DNA from: a virus | Virus record (IMG/VR): IMGVR_UViG_3300002029_000005 | Direction: 5' to 3' (one strand) | DNA length: 64,000 bases | Shown: in pieces, positions 10,883 to 19,530 of the stretch | How the letters are laid out: each line of letters starts with the position of its first letter | Numbering within the stretch: position 1 is the first letter of the stretch | Notes under the pieces: generated by a model | The model's input: the letters and a program-made list of their open reading frames with translations, nothing else | Database searches by the model: none | Told to the model about the DNA's origin: nothing | Made by a program: the position numbers and the translations under genes

Positions 10883-11551
10883 TTACTCCAGATTGCCTGA
10901 TTTGTTGTTTTCATGTTCACTAATAAGAGCGTCGGATTCTGTCTCCATAACAATAGTCTTGATATCATCCGTTCCACGCACATCTACCGAATCCGAAATA
11001 GCGCTATCGGCAATAACAGGGTCGGGAATAACAGGAGCCATCCAATCACCGATATTCATTATTTGGCCCGGATTGAAATCCATATCAGGCTTCTCCCACC
11101 CGCCAATAATCGAGCATCCAATCGCAAACGTAGAACAGACCTCAGATGATCTTTCGTTCATCCCTTTGCGAAATCCTTTTTTTCGAATAGCTGACCACCA
11201 AACTTTTAGCAGCCCAAAATAGTCGTATTTTAATTTCCGCCTAGACCATAGATAATCAAACATCGCGTCTGTGTCTGTCGCCTCTTTTGGCCTCTTGACA
11301 AAAAACACGTTTGACTTCTCGTCTATTCGATCACTAAACCAACCCGACGCACGATCACAATTCCAGCCTCTAAACTCACGCATTTCAACGATCATTAAAC
11401 ATGTTTTTTCTGTGTCAATTTGAGTCAACACAGCAACGTGCGAAAATGACTGCCCTGTAAAAACACGGATTAGCTTAGATACAAACCCGTTACCCTGCAC
11501 CACGAGCATATCGCCCGTTTCTGCATGATCTCTGATATCTGAATAAAGCAA
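10883..11551 (-). CDS. Permuted papain-like NlpC/P60 (YiiX/YaeF-type) amidase
   Basis: GDML...SHVAV...YDYFGL...EVCSTF order (His before Cys) is diagnostic of permuted NlpC/P60. Confidence 0.75.
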   Translation of the reverse strand: MLYSDIRDHAETGDMLVVQGNGFVSKLIRVFTGQSFSHVAVLTQIDTEKTCLMIVEMREFRGWNCDRASGWFSDRIDEKSNVFFVKRPKEATDTDAMFDYLWSRRKLKYDYFGLLKVWWSAIRKKGFRKGMNERSSEVCSTFAIGCSIIGGWEKPDMDFNPGQIMNIGDWMAPVIPDPVIADSAISDSVDVRGTDDIKTIVMETESDALISEHENNKSGNLE

Positions 11552-11552
11552 G

Positions 11553-12056
11553 TTAATTTCCAGCCTTTTGCTTTTCGAACCACTTAAATGATTTTGTTAC
11601 CACCGCCCGATCTTTTACGTTGCTAAGCCATTCGCGCATTGTTTCAGCGTCTTTTCGAACATCCGGGTTGTAGCTCTTGGTTGATCTCGGATGCCCGATC
11701 AATTTCATATGGACAACTTTGTGCAGGGATATAAAGTTACTTGGCTCCGCAGCAAGCTCTGGACTTACCGAACACGGCTTGATGTGGTGCACATTGATAG
11801 GCGTTAAGCCTGTCGCCTCGCACTCTGGATGTTCCTTTGCATAAGCAAGCATTGCCCTGCGCACTTCTGGCTGCTCTCTAGCTGCTTTTGTCGCTTTTAC
11901 CGGGTGACGAATGACGCTCTTCCAAAAATCAGGATCAGCGCCTTTGCGCCAGATATGACCCATGTATTCGAACGCCATTGTGAAAATACTCTCTACGCTG
12001 AATTTAATATGAACCAAGCACCAGTCAAGTTGCTTGTGTATGTAGCCATAGCCCAA
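11553..12056 (-). CDS. HNH endonuclease
   Basis: CEATG...VHHIKP...AEPSNFISLHKVVHM HNH motif; real start may be downstream of the track start. Confidence 0.7.
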   Translation of the reverse strand: MGYGYIHKQLDWCLVHIKFSVESIFTMAFEYMGHIWRKGADPDFWKSVIRHPVKATKAAREQPEVRRAMLAYAKEHPECEATGLTPINVHHIKPCSVSPELAAEPSNFISLHKVVHMKLIGHPRSTKSYNPDVRKDAETMREWLSNVKDRAVVTKSFKWFEKQKAGN

Positions 12057-13744
12057 ACAGCCTGCTTAGCACCTAAAACATAATTAGGAACCACAACACC
12101 ACCGCTGTAAATTTGGTTCCCGTCCTGCTGCCTTATCGTAATGTCATCTACGCCAGCATTTAGAATTAATATCATTTGCTGCGCGTCTTCATCATTGGGC
12201 GTTAGCCCCTGAGAAACTGAAACGTCATGCAAGTTAACAAACCCATTGGGTGATGCATCAGTAACGACAGATGACGTTCTGGTGTTCGTTGTTACATTGG
12301 CTGACGATGCTCTTGATCTTCTAAACTCACCGCCAACAAGCATCACGTTTCCTTGTCTATTGAGCTGCGATCCGTTGCTTGGTGATGTGTGTGAAACGCT
12401 TGATAGAGCTGCACCTACTCCTGCCGAGTAACTTAAAACATCATCCGTATAAACCGTATTCTCAACATTGTCCGTTATGGCGTTAACTGCCCCGCGCTTA
12501 ATTACCTTATCAACCGTGAGCGTACCTGAATCACGGCGAACAATGTTAACCAGTGGCGTGCCGGGGCCGCCGATCGGCTCACCATTCACGTGCTCGATGT
12601 GCAAACTAGATGCATTGTTTGATATAACCGCTCCGTCGATAACATCCTCAACATGCATAAATCCGATCTTAATGTGCGAGTTTGGACCTACCTCCAAGCC
12701 TACTGGCGTAGGGTCCGGGTTTACGTTTGCATCAATGCTCCCGCCGATTATAGTCAATTCATCCATAGCACCGGCTGCGCCCGCTGGAACAGTTAAGCTA
12801 ATTACCGGCTTGTTCTTACCATCGTTAATATTTTTTGTTGCGGTGATCTCATTCATGGCAAAGTTTTTAGGCGACCCAACACCGCCGCCCGTATCCGCCG
12901 TATCAATCAGTAGCGCGTAATCGTCATATGAACTTAATTTGCAATCAGCAAAACCCGATTGCTCATTTGCACAATTACTGTATCCGGCTATAACATCAGG
13001 GAAAAAAGTCGTGCCATATATGGCAGATGTTATGGTCATCTGTTCAAAGCCTGTATCAACAATTGATTGCTGACCGTTTTCTCCAGCCTGGGCAAGGACT
13101 GAATCCGTATAACCGGCTATGGGTCTGAGCCTCACGGCAGCAACACCGTCGCCAACAAACTTCCTTCTCCCTTGACAAACTACTCGGCTAGAAAAATAAT
13201 AAATTGTAGGCAGTGAATAGTTGCGTATCGCTGGAACATAAATTCGGCCTCGCTGCACTTGTTGTTGTGACTCATCAAATGCGGCAAGCGAGTCAAATTC
13301 GTTATTATTTGGGATTGCGCCAAACTGCAAAACGTTAACGCGATCCTCGTTCATAACAACCCAACCATTGACGGATTGCTTATACCAGCCTAGCGTAGGT
13401 TCATCTTCAACGCAGATATACCTAGCCGCCCCGCCAATACTCGGAAGGGTATGAAACCGAGTTCTAGCGTGATCACCTACTTTCAGCCTTGCGCTACTAA
13501 TCAAATCATTAAATGAAAAGTAATCATAAGGCGTATATATAAGCCAGTTAGAACTAGGCCCGCCGTTGCCGTCAATCGGGTCCGTTGCTAGATCAGCCTC
13601 CGCATCAGAATCGCCAGTCGCATCCTTTTTCACCGCGTCCGTGTTAGCGATATAATTAACCGAGTTACTACCGAGCACGATAGAAACTCCCTTAACATAT
13701 GATGCAGCTAAATTAGCTTTCCATCGTGACAAGTGCCTACTCAC
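11993..13744 (-). CDS. Tailspike-like right-handed beta-helix protein (pectate lyase 3-like)
   Basis: RVNVLQFGAIPNN...DSLAAF helix-cap motif, then GDG...LRP and N/D/I-rich beta-helix rungs. Confidence 0.7.
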   Translation of the reverse strand: MSRHLSRWKANLAASYVKGVSIVLGSNSVNYIANTDAVKKDATGDSDAEADLATDPIDGNGGPSSNWLIYTPYDYFSFNDLISSARLKVGDHARTRFHTLPSIGGAARYICVEDEPTLGWYKQSVNGWVVMNEDRVNVLQFGAIPNNNEFDSLAAFDESQQQVQRGRIYVPAIRNYSLPTIYYFSSRVVCQGRRKFVGDGVAAVRLRPIAGYTDSVLAQAGENGQQSIVDTGFEQMTITSAIYGTTFFPDVIAGYSNCANEQSGFADCKLSSYDDYALLIDTADTGGGVGSPKNFAMNEITATKNINDGKNKPVISLTVPAGAAGAMDELTIIGGSIDANVNPDPTPVGLEVGPNSHIKIGFMHVEDVIDGAVISNNASSLHIEHVNGEPIGGPGTPLVNIVRRDSGTLTVDKVIKRGAVNAITDNVENTVYTDDVLSYSAGVGAALSSVSHTSPSNGSQLNRQGNVMLVGGEFRRSRASSANVTTNTRTSSVVTDASPNGFVNLHDVSVSQGLTPNDEDAQQMILILNAGVDDITIRQQDGNQIYSGGVVVPNYVLGAKQAVWAMATYTSNLTGAWFILNSA

Positions 13745-13781
13745 TTATTCGATTCCATTGACTTCAGGCTTGATAGTCAAA

Positions 13782-14297
13782 CTAACCCTGTGTAGCAGCA
13801 GCTTTAGTAAGTCTAACGACCGCCGACCCTGATGGACCTGCTACCATCCCCGCCAATAATTCACCCCACTCAAACGCAGTGACAATGCGCTCATTAGAGT
13901 CCAAAGCATCGATAGTTTTGTCATATACCGTTTCAATTTTCTCTGACTCACCCGGCAAGCGCTCATCGCACTCCAACCCGTCATTGATTATTTGACGTTT
14001 CACCGACACCCATGCCAACCCGGCTTTATCGATGGTCTTGCGACCCCCAGCGATAGCCTTAAGCGCTTCCGCATCGGGCCGCATTTCTTTGGTGTCTTCC
14101 TTAAGGTCAATCAAGTAATTAAAATCATCCGCAATCTTCGCCTCGGTTGGCGTACCCTGCACACAATCCACAACCATTTGCGCAACCGTATCTAGCCCCT
14201 GCTTAGCTTCGAATACCTCCTTTACTGTTTGAGGCGTTAATGATGCGCACGAGCTAAGCAACAACACTGCGAACAGTGCAGACAAAATTAATTTCAT
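13782..14297 (-). CDS. Lipoprotein directly after the endolysin; spanin candidate
   Basis: Signal peptide with lipobox LLSSC; position after lysozyme; weakly hydrophobic C-terminus. Confidence 0.5.
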   Translation of the reverse strand: MKLILSALFAVLLLSSCASLTPQTVKEVFEAKQGLDTVAQMVVDCVQGTPTEAKIADDFNYLIDLKEDTKEMRPDAEALKAIAGGRKTIDKAGLAWVSVKRQIINDGLECDERLPGESEKIETVYDKTIDALDSNERIVTAFEWGELLAGMVAGPSGSAVVRLTKAAATQG

Positions 14298-14329
14298 TTG
14301 GAGTTCCTGTGTTTGTTAGTTTCTTCTGG

Positions 14330-15166
14330 TCACGCTATTGCAACGGGACCATCACCAATGGCAACCATTCGCGATGCCAAGCGATTTGCGCGACCTTTAA
14401 CCTGTCTCGCGTACTTGCTGTCAAGCATTTCTGTCGCCGCCCTGTCCCAATCTCTCGCATCAATAGCAGCTCGCATTCTCTTAAACTTACGCAACCTAGT
14501 CATACCTAAGTTAAACATCATGTTTACCAGTATTAATTTAAGGTCATGCGGGAAGCTGTCGAACTTAGGAAACAAAACTCGCGTATCATCAATCTTCTCT
14601 TGAACGTCTTGCTGATAATATCTTTCAACCGTGTCTGCGCTAACGGGCGTTCCTATAGGCTCGCCATATTCGGGATCTTCTGGCGTTATCAAATGACCAA
14701 TGCCTAGCGTAGGATAACCCTCACTATCCCTGTATATTTCGTACTTGACGCCCTCATCACGCTCAAGCTCATGGCGGAGTTGCACCCTATCCAGTAAAGC
14801 TGGCGCAGGCGGGGTTGCAGTAATTTGCCTAGTTTCAGGCTGCGCTAGCCTGCGTGTGGTTTGTTCCTGAACCCCATTACCCGCGTTCGGTATTACTGGC
14901 GATACACCAGGCTCAACTACGCCAGCTTTGGCATCATCACCAAAGCCGCGCCCATTTGGATTTCGCGAACGCCACCAAGCCGCTCCACCGACGCCACCGG
15001 CAACATAAACCTTAACCTCTCGAACGTACTCTTCCAGAATCGCAGGCTCCCAAATCGCCCACACATTCCACGCAAGTTCATCCGGTAAAAATTCTATATA
15101 TTTGAGTACAGCAGCCCCAATAAGGCCACCGATGGCGCTCTTTGAAACTTCGAGTTTTGACGCCAT
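14330..15166 (-). CDS. Endolysin, GH24 (T4 lysozyme-like), with long N-terminal membrane-like extension
   Basis: E-x8-D-x5-T triad in DEGVKYEIYRDSEGYPTLGIGH; LVNMMFNLG; C-terminal QVKGRANRL. Confidence 0.85.
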   Translation of the reverse strand: MASKLEVSKSAIGGLIGAAVLKYIEFLPDELAWNVWAIWEPAILEEYVREVKVYVAGGVGGAAWWRSRNPNGRGFGDDAKAGVVEPGVSPVIPNAGNGVQEQTTRRLAQPETRQITATPPAPALLDRVQLRHELERDEGVKYEIYRDSEGYPTLGIGHLITPEDPEYGEPIGTPVSADTVERYYQQDVQEKIDDTRVLFPKFDSFPHDLKLILVNMMFNLGMTRLRKFKRMRAAIDARDWDRAATEMLDSKYARQVKGRANRLASRMVAIGDGPVAIA

Positions 15167-15356
15167 TTATTGATTGTGATTAGTATCGTACATCCGCAAT
15201 ATCCAGCCAAGACAACCACCACAATCGAAAAAATCAGGATAGCCATATCGTTTCGGTTGCTTGCATTTGGTTGTGTACCTAGCTCTAGCTTGAGCGTAGT
15301 ATTCCTTCGTGGTATGCATTTCGATGATCACTGTGATTTTCCGGTTCCTACAACGT

Positions 15357-15386
15357 AAAAAGCCGGTACTTATGCACCGGCCTTTT
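15357..15386. terminator. Intrinsic terminator-like hairpin, possibly bidirectional
   Basis: GCCGGT-8nt-ACCGGC flanked by an A-tract and a T-tract. Confidence 0.55.
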
Positions 15387-15412
15387 GTCACACTTCTGTT
15401 TTTTTCGCTTTG

Positions 15413-15736
15413 CTAGATATCAGCGATAGGAACTTTGCCTGTAGCCTGCGCAAGTTTATCTACTGACAAATCGGCAGAAGCCAACGTTGTGCCCATATCT
15501 TGACAACCAGACGCGACCACCAGGTAACTCGAATAGCCGGACACAATCGTGTAATTGCTGTCAAAGCCGTTAACGCCATCAGCATCCAAATCGGTCTGAC
15601 TTGAGCTATCAGCAACCACCTCGGCGGCAATAGCGATATCAACCAAGTCAAAATCTGGAACGTCAGCGCTCGCAACCGAGCCAAGCATTAGCAATCCAAA
15701 ACTGAAAAACAACAGAACTTTTAGGGATATTTTCAT
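15413..15736 (-). CDS. Secreted hypothetical protein
   Basis: Likely start MKISLKVLLFFSFGLLMLGSVASA (signal peptide ending ASA) inside track ORF 15413..15802; start coordinate approximate. Confidence 0.45.
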   Translation of the reverse strand: MKISLKVLLFFSFGLLMLGSVASADVPDFDLVDIAIAAEVVADSSSQTDLDADGVNGFDSNYTIVSGYSSYLVVASGCQDMGTTLASADLSVDKLAQATGKVPIADI

Positions 15737-15842
15737 TTGTGAACTCCAGAAACGAAAAAAGCCCGCGAAATGCGAGCCTTTCTTTGTGGGGTATTTACCC
15801 ACCTTACAGCGAAATCAATACTATACTCGCCGGGGAAAAATA

Positions 15843-16298
15843 TCAACCGCCAGCCAATCTGGATTGGCCGACCAGCCTATGGCTGTGATCAATCATTGCC
15901 ACTATTCTGCCGATTTCTTCTTTTACACCCTTGTCATCTATTTTGGTTTTGTGCTCCTTTGCGCGTATTGACGACCATGTTTCAGCCATTTTCACATAGG
16001 ACCACCTTTGCCCGTAATACCAATCAAGCAGCATCGTGTATTCAAAATTTTCGAGCAGCTGTATATGCCGGTTAGTTTCGAAAGCGCGCTCATGATTGAC
16101 CATTTCGCTTAACGTGCTTTCTTCGTAGTGATTGCTGCTATTGATTGCGAACGGCTGTGTATTTGGAAATCCGAGCTTGGGCATGCCGCGCTCCCGGCTC
16201 TCGCCAGTTACCCATACCCCCCACTCGTAAAGGAGATCAACTGTAATACCGTATTGGTCTCGCCAGTCGCCTGGTCGTATGCAATCCGTTTTTACCAT
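15843..16298 (-). CDS. Antitermination protein Q-like late regulator
   Basis: LLYEWGVWV...LLDWYY...SYVKMA pattern; position immediately upstream of the lysis genes. Confidence 0.55.
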   Translation of the reverse strand: MVKTDCIRPGDWRDQYGITVDLLYEWGVWVTGESRERGMPKLGFPNTQPFAINSSNHYEESTLSEMVNHERAFETNRHIQLLENFEYTMLLDWYYGQRWSYVKMAETWSSIRAKEHKTKIDDKGVKEEIGRIVAMIDHSHRLVGQSRLAGG

Positions 16299-16347
16299 TT
16301 CATTTTTTACTCGTTTGTTAACTTATCAGATCATGCGCTTTGCGCGA

Positions 16348-16593
16348 TTACGGGCTAGCAAATCCTACATCGATAGCAATTTTCACAACTTCGGCTCGGC
16401 GATAAGCGCCAAGCTTTTTATAAATTCTATTACACTGGCTTGCTAACGTACCTTCCTTGATTTTCATTACTTCACATATCTCAGGGAATGAATACCCGTT
16501 AACCAAGTAAACTAATATTTCTTTTTGCTTAACGCTCAAAATAGACTCAATGCTAACTTTGAGCATGCCGCATTTGTCGCAAACTTCTGTCAT
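16348..16593 (-). CDS. LuxR-type HTH regulator (DNA-binding domain only)
   Basis: LSVKQKEILVYLVNGYSFPEIC...IKEGTLASQCNRIYKKLG is the LuxR C-terminal signature. Confidence 0.8.
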   Translation of the reverse strand: MTEVCDKCGMLKVSIESILSVKQKEILVYLVNGYSFPEICEVMKIKEGTLASQCNRIYKKLGAYRRAEVVKIAIDVGFASP

Positions 16594-17030
16594 GTTCGAC
16601 TCTCAATCAGCGCTCTCAATTGCTCTATAGCAACGCCTGACTTTATAGCTTTCTGTGGAAACCTAAGCACCGACCAGTCCAACATAACGGCTTGATTGTA
16701 TTTATCGCAATCGTTCTCATAACCTTTTGCAGTTTGATGCCTGCCAAGCTTCATAGAGCCGTCTGCGTTTTTCCCATAACGCGTCACTCCCTCGACTTCT
16801 GCCGCTATCATTAGTTCAGGCCATGCAAAATCAAAACGCCATCGACGTTCATCAAAGAAACGATATTCAATCTCTGGATCGGGTAACTTATAGAGCTTAA
16901 TTTGATTAGCAAAGTAAAACTCATACTTTGAACGTTTAGCCGCTCGTTTTTCTCGCGTCACTTCAATAACGCGGCCATCGAATCGCGCTTGGTATTCGTC
17001 AATCTGCTTTTTTGACATCCAAAGCGTCAT
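16590..17030 (-). CDS. PD-(D/E)XK endonuclease (DUF559/Vsr-like)
   Basis: EYRF...RRWRFDFAWPELMIAAEVEG...YENDCDKYN...WSVLRF. Confidence 0.75.
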   Translation of the reverse strand: MTLWMSKKQIDEYQARFDGRVIEVTREKRAAKRSKYEFYFANQIKLYKLPDPEIEYRFFDERRWRFDFAWPELMIAAEVEGVTRYGKNADGSMKLGRHQTAKGYENDCDKYNQAVMLDWSVLRFPQKAIKSGVAIEQLRALIESRT

Positions 17031-17338
17031 GCAGCGCCCTTAATAGCTATCAAGCCCTTTTCATAGAACCTTGTCAGCGTTCTGACATTAGCTCTGCGCA
17101 AATAAAAATCCCTGCTTTCCTCAAAATCTTCATTAATAACGCGCCTGTCAATCACGTCATGACACGATGAGCATCCATAAGCGCTTGATAGGTCGGTTGG
17201 CTTATATCCCGCAATATCTGAAGGCTGATGACTTAGTACAACTGTTTCCGAGTTGTAGTTGCAGACTCCAGCGATGTTGTATGTACAGTCCTCGCCATTT
17301 GCAGACTCGCGTAACTTTTTAGATTTAATTACAGTCAC
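17027..17338 (-). CDS. DUF1364/YbcO-family putative nuclease
   Basis: KLRESANGEDCT...GVCNYNSETVVLSH...AYGCSSCHDVID. Confidence 0.8.
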   Translation of the reverse strand: MTVIKSKKLRESANGEDCTYNIAGVCNYNSETVVLSHQPSDIAGYKPTDLSSAYGCSSCHDVIDRRVINEDFEESRDFYLRRANVRTLTRFYEKGLIAIKGAA

Positions 17339-17703
17339 GCAAAAATCCTGTCCAATTTCTTTATTTTTTTACTTCTTCGTGGAAGTGGCTTTAAATCCAA
17401 ATGCTTCCATATCTTCCCTCTAACCACCCAATCAAGAAATATGTCGCGCAATTCTCTAGAATTACATGGGTGTCCATTTCTTCTGCTATTAGAATAGTGT
17501 CTATAGCAATATCCTTTATTATCTTCTAAATTGGTACAAGATATTGCAGAGCATTCTGCTCTTGGTTTATCGCTAAAGTTTCGGGTTAGCCTGATGTGAC
17601 AATCGCCGTGCGTCTTATATCTAACGTAATGCGTTGCGCACATTCCACGCGCCATGTGTTTTTTATTGCAACCATCGACATTACAAAGTCTCATTTTTTT
17701 CAC
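17335..17703 (-). CDS. Protein with two Cys/His zinc-finger repeats
   Basis: CNVDGC...GMCATHY and CSAISC...GYCYRHY; no HNH catalytic domain seen. Confidence 0.55.
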   Translation of the reverse strand: MKKMRLCNVDGCNKKHMARGMCATHYVRYKTHGDCHIRLTRNFSDKPRAECSAISCTNLEDNKGYCYRHYSNSRRNGHPCNSRELRDIFLDWVVRGKIWKHLDLKPLPRRSKKIKKLDRIFA

Positions 17704-17872
17704 CTTTCATAAAACACGACTTCACGGAGTGCCCATCAAAATACCAACAACACAACCAAAAGTAATTTCAGCCACAAAACACCAGCCCACCGCAAACACA
17801 ACGCCCTTGAAGCGCCCTAGTTCGTCGTATCCGCTTTGCCGCTCTATCTCGATTAGGTCATTGATATTCACC

Positions 17873-18208
17873 TCAGTTACCCCTTCGCTGATTCGCGCAC
17901 ATAGTCCGGTACAAATCAATCGTTGCCACAGCTCGCAACCGTTTGTTGTGTATCGTTAGAAAATTAATGTCCGTTTCTTCCATCAACTTTAAGTGCTCAT
18001 GATATTCAGGCGTGTTATGAGCTGCCTGTCGCTTAGCTTCCGCTGCATTCTCACTTGACGATTCAAATCCAGCCGCAACAACTGCCTTTCGATGTTCAGC
18101 AAGTAGATTTTGCCGCGCCTTTAATTTGGCGTGACTCTCATCTGTGGTTGCGAGATAGTTCAACGCCTCTTCAGCTTTGGTTTCGAGCGCTTGAATGTCC
18201 ATCACCAA
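17873..18208 (-). CDS. Hypothetical helical phage protein
   Basis: Coupled ORF in replication operon. Confidence 0.6.
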   Translation of the reverse strand: MVMDIQALETKAEEALNYLATTDESHAKLKARQNLLAEHRKAVVAAGFESSSENAAEAKRQAAHNTPEYHEHLKLMEETDINFLTIHNKRLRAVATIDLYRTMCANQRRGN

Positions 18209-18447
18209 GCCGTCCTAATATTCCCGCGCCTGCGAATTCGCTTACCGTCGCGCTGTTCATCGTGTTTAAGTAACTTCGCCTCACACTCCGCAATCGTATT
18301 CCCATAGAAATACATTTCGTATTTACGGCTGTATAACCCAAACTCGAATAATTCTTTGGGATAAACATTCGGACCGGCTTGCGACTTTGGCGGCTCCGTT
18401 GACTCGATAAAATGCTCGCTTTTATTTGGCCGCGTTCGCATGTTCAT
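18202..18447 (-). CDS. Hypothetical protein
   Basis: Coupled ORF in operon. Confidence 0.5.
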   Translation of the reverse strand: MNMRTRPNKSEHFIESTEPPKSQAGPNVYPKELFEFGLYSRKYEMYFYGNTIAECEAKLLKHDEQRDGKRIRRRGNIRTAW

Positions 18448-18450
18448 TCT

Positions 18451-18735
18451 TTATGGGGATTCCAGTATTTCAATAACGTCGCTGATATCGATATCTAGCA
18501 AATCGGCAATCGCCTTTAATTTCTCTATCTTTTCATCGCTCTCACAATCGGACTGGCCTGTTTTAGCGTCATATTGTTTAGCCGACTCTATCTGCTTTTT
18601 TAGAAACTCAACATCGCGCTCAAGTTGCGCTATACGCATCTCACGCGATAACTCGGTAGGCGGCCATGTTGTCGGCTGCATGGGTTGTTTCCAGTGGTCA
18701 TTCCAGTTATCCAAAATCATCGAAACTGTGCACAT
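18451..18735 (-). CDS. Hypothetical protein
   Basis: GGAGG RBS; co-oriented. Confidence 0.55.
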   Translation of the reverse strand: MCTVSMILDNWNDHWKQPMQPTTWPPTELSREMRIAQLERDVEFLKKQIESAKQYDAKTGQSDCESDEKIEKLKAIADLLDIDISDVIEILESP

Positions 18736-18740
18736 GATAT

Positions 18741-18968
18741 TTAGCCTCCTTTATAAAATTCTGAGCCAACACTTATGTTGTTGGGGTTTGGGTAGCTCAC
18801 TGACCACTGGTTTCCGTGGTGTCTTGCGTCTAGTTTCTTGCAGCCCATCAGTGCAAGTTCTTCAGCTCTATCGAAACACTCCGGCGCTTCACTAGCCGCG
18901 TAGTCCTTTAACTCGGCACCCTTGCTGTGTATGTGGCGCACAATGGCTTCTTGGTTTTTCACTTGCAA
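18741..18968 (-). CDS. Hypothetical protein
   Basis: Coupled ORF. Confidence 0.5.
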   Translation of the reverse strand: MQVKNQEAIVRHIHSKGAELKDYAASEAPECFDRAEELALMGCKKLDARHHGNQWSVSYPNPNNISVGSEFYKGG

Positions 18969-19147
18969 AGCTTCTCATGCAGCTCAATTAATTTATGACC
19001 TCTCGAATAACGCGGCTCCACGCTTGCACCTCGGCTCAAGTCCGATAACGAACTAACAGAAATACCCGTGCGTTCACTAAGCGCTGTTTTTGTTCCGACA
19101 ACACGAACAAGCTCGCATATGATTTTTTGCCAGTCTGGATTTCTCAT
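18959..19147 (-). CDS. Cro/XRE-like HTH protein
   Basis: TKTALSERTGISVSSLSDLSRG...EPRYSRG. Confidence 0.7.
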   Translation of the reverse strand: MRNPDWQKIICELVRVVGTKTALSERTGISVSSLSDLSRGASVEPRYSRGHKLIELHEKLCK

Positions 19148-19530
19148 AACATTTCCATCAATTTATCGTTTATATCTATAACAACGCGCTCTGAGACATT
19201 GAACGGGTAACGGATATGTTCGTTTTTCAAGACCGCAACTTCCATTAACAATTTCGCATGAGCAATAACTAGCGATTCGTATCCGTCATATAATCGGTTG
19301 TAGTCCGCATTTACTTGCTTTTCACGCGCCACCACTGCGAGCAGCATTTTCTCAAATCCCTGTATTCTGTTTCGCCCCTTTTCTGGAGAATCATTTGCAG
19401 CTCGGCTGTTATTTCTTGTGGCGTTTCGCACGTTGCCACTATGAATCTGGCTTGGCACATCAGACGGTCTCGATACTGCGCTTCGGGATACGTTAGATTC
19501 ATGCTGCATTGGCCTTCCTACCCCGCGCAT
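19144..19530 (-). CDS. Hypothetical protein
   Basis: Fills the gap between helicase and HTH gene; true start probably at the internal Met near 19506. Confidence 0.45.
   Translation of the reverse strand: MRGVGRPMQHESNVSRSAVSRPSDVPSQIHSGNVRNATRNNSRAANDSPEKGRNRIQGFEKMLLAVVAREKQVNADYNRLYDGYESLVIAHAKLLMEVAVLKNEHIRYPFNVSERVVIDINDKLMEML

Noticed and set aside
15094-15246. Hydrophobic 50-aa ORF (MAILIFSIVVVV...) as a holin
   Set aside because: No clear RBS and about 70 nt overlap with the endolysin start; coordinates approximate; cannot be supported
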